DNA of 64,000 bases from Prevotella sp. (GTDB lineage Bacteria; Bacteroidota; Bacteroidia; Bacteroidales; Bacteroidaceae). Below are positions 63,191 to 64,000 of this stretch, piece by piece. The DNA lies in NCBI GenBank assembly GCA_017509155.1, contig JAFWQE010000024.1:55250-119249 (forward strand). Direction: 5' to 3'. Numbering within the stretch: position 1 is the first letter of the stretch; the number at the start of each line of letters is the position of its first letter. The position numbers were made by a program, and so were the translations under genes. The notes beneath the pieces were generated by a model. The model saw nothing but the letters and a program-made list of their open reading frames with translations, was not told where the DNA came from and did no database searches.

Positions 63191-63814
63191 ATGGAAACAA
63201 CAATGAACAACATGCAGGAACTGGAAGAAATGCGCTCAGCGCTGGCCTCCCTCAAGAATAAGCTCGACAAGCAGGAAATCGTCAACGACCGGCTGCTGCG
63301 TCAGTCGATGAAGTCGAAGATGTCGTGGATCGAGAAATACCTCTGGTTTGCCGTGGCAGCCGTGCCCTTCGTGGCCTTGTGCTTCCTGACCATGACCATC
63401 ATGCTGAATCTCTCTTGGTGGCTCTATGGCTTCACCGTTGTCTTCGTAGCGGGCTGCGTGATTGCCGACTGGTATGTCAACCACATGGACAGCCGTGAGT
63501 TCCTTACCGGCAACCTCACCGAGACAGCTCTTAAGCTCCGGCGTATGAAGACGCTGCGCATGAAAAACGAAATAGTCAATTTCGTCGTACTCGTTGTGTG
63601 GCTGGCGTGGATGGCATGGGAGATATATAGCAAGGGACAGGCCTCACCAGCCGACTCCATGGAGCGTAGTCTGTCGATGGGCTTTCTTGTGGGCGGAGGC
63701 ATTGGCGGCGTCATAGGTCTCATCATCGGCCTTAGTATCTTCTTCAAGATGCAGCGCACCAACGACGAGATCATCCAGCAAATAGAGGAGGTAGAAGATG
63801 TCCCACGGCAATAA
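63191..63814 (+). CDS. Four-TM membrane protein, probable anti-sigma factor
   Basis: Directly follows the ECF gene; cytoplasmic N-terminus plus 4 hydrophobic segments. Confidence 0.75.
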   Translation: METTMNNMQELEEMRSALASLKNKLDKQEIVNDRLLRQSMKSKMSWIEKYLWFAVAAVPFVALCFLTMTIMLNLSWWLYGFTVVFVAGCVIADWYVNHMDSREFLTGNLTETALKLRRMKTLRMKNEIVNFVVLVVWLAWMAWEIYSKGQASPADSMERSLSMGFLVGGGIGGVIGLIIGLSIFFKMQRTNDEIIQQIEEVEDVPRQ

Positions 63815-63816
63815 AT

Positions 63817-63845
63817 GACCTCCCCCAACCCCTCCAAAGGAGGGG
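63817..63845. repeat. CCCCTCC/GGAGGGG palindromic repeat (intergenic copy)
   Basis: GACCTCCCCCAACCCCTCCAAAGGAGGGG; the reverse complement matches the intragenic copy at 45803-45834. Confidence 0.8.
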
Positions 63846-64000
63846 GGTGCCTACCGGGCAGAATGGGCTTAGCCATTGTCCTTTTCTTGGCGAGGACATA
63901 CACATACTGGCACGGATTCTCTCATCAAGCCTAACAATAGGCGAAGGTGAAGGTCCGTGCCAGTTTGCGTTTGTATTCAAGGAAAAAATCCGAGTCTGTC

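Noticed and set aside
1-64000. Prophage, IS, integron, retron/DGR, tRNA or rRNA
   Set aside because: No integrase, transposase, reverse transcriptase or phage motifs in the translations, and no recognisable structural RNA genes on reading.

Overview
A 64-kb core-chromosome segment from a Bacteroidota genome, most consistent with Prevotellaceae. The assignment rests on TAnnTTTG -7 / TTTG -33 promoters, T9SS-type C-termini and the gene content. About 35 protein genes are present. Housekeeping and stress genes: 5-formyl-THF cyclo-ligase (partial), S41 protease, dCMP deaminase, Dcp, ClpB, aminotransferase, LolE-like permease, GlnA, ADP-forming acyl-CoA ligase, MeaB, IspH, SlyD, AroC and an ECF sigma pair. 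Plant-glycan enzymes are scattered with no SusC/SusD: PL11, PL26, GH28, GH36, GH43, GH97, GH94. Also present: a tatAC module with two Fe-S substrates, a T9SS-type CotH protein and an alpha-2-macroglobulin without a thioester motif. I found no transposase, integrase, reverse transcriptase, cas gene, tRNA or rRNA. The unusual content is non-coding: several dispersed repeat or palindrome families recur within the window. These are (1) a 241-bp two-module tandem mosaic at 32899-33752 with a solo 124-bp module 20 kb away, (2) degenerate arrays with a 22-bp period at 4-5 loci, (3) octamer inverted repeats with variable loops, (4) an exactly centred 160-bp palindromic element, and (5) CCCTCC/GGAGGG palindromes and heptamer tracts inserted in frame inside protein genes. 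There is also a candidate stand-alone small RNA with its own promoter and terminator downstream of aroC. All coordinates and alignments were read by eye; no database search was run.
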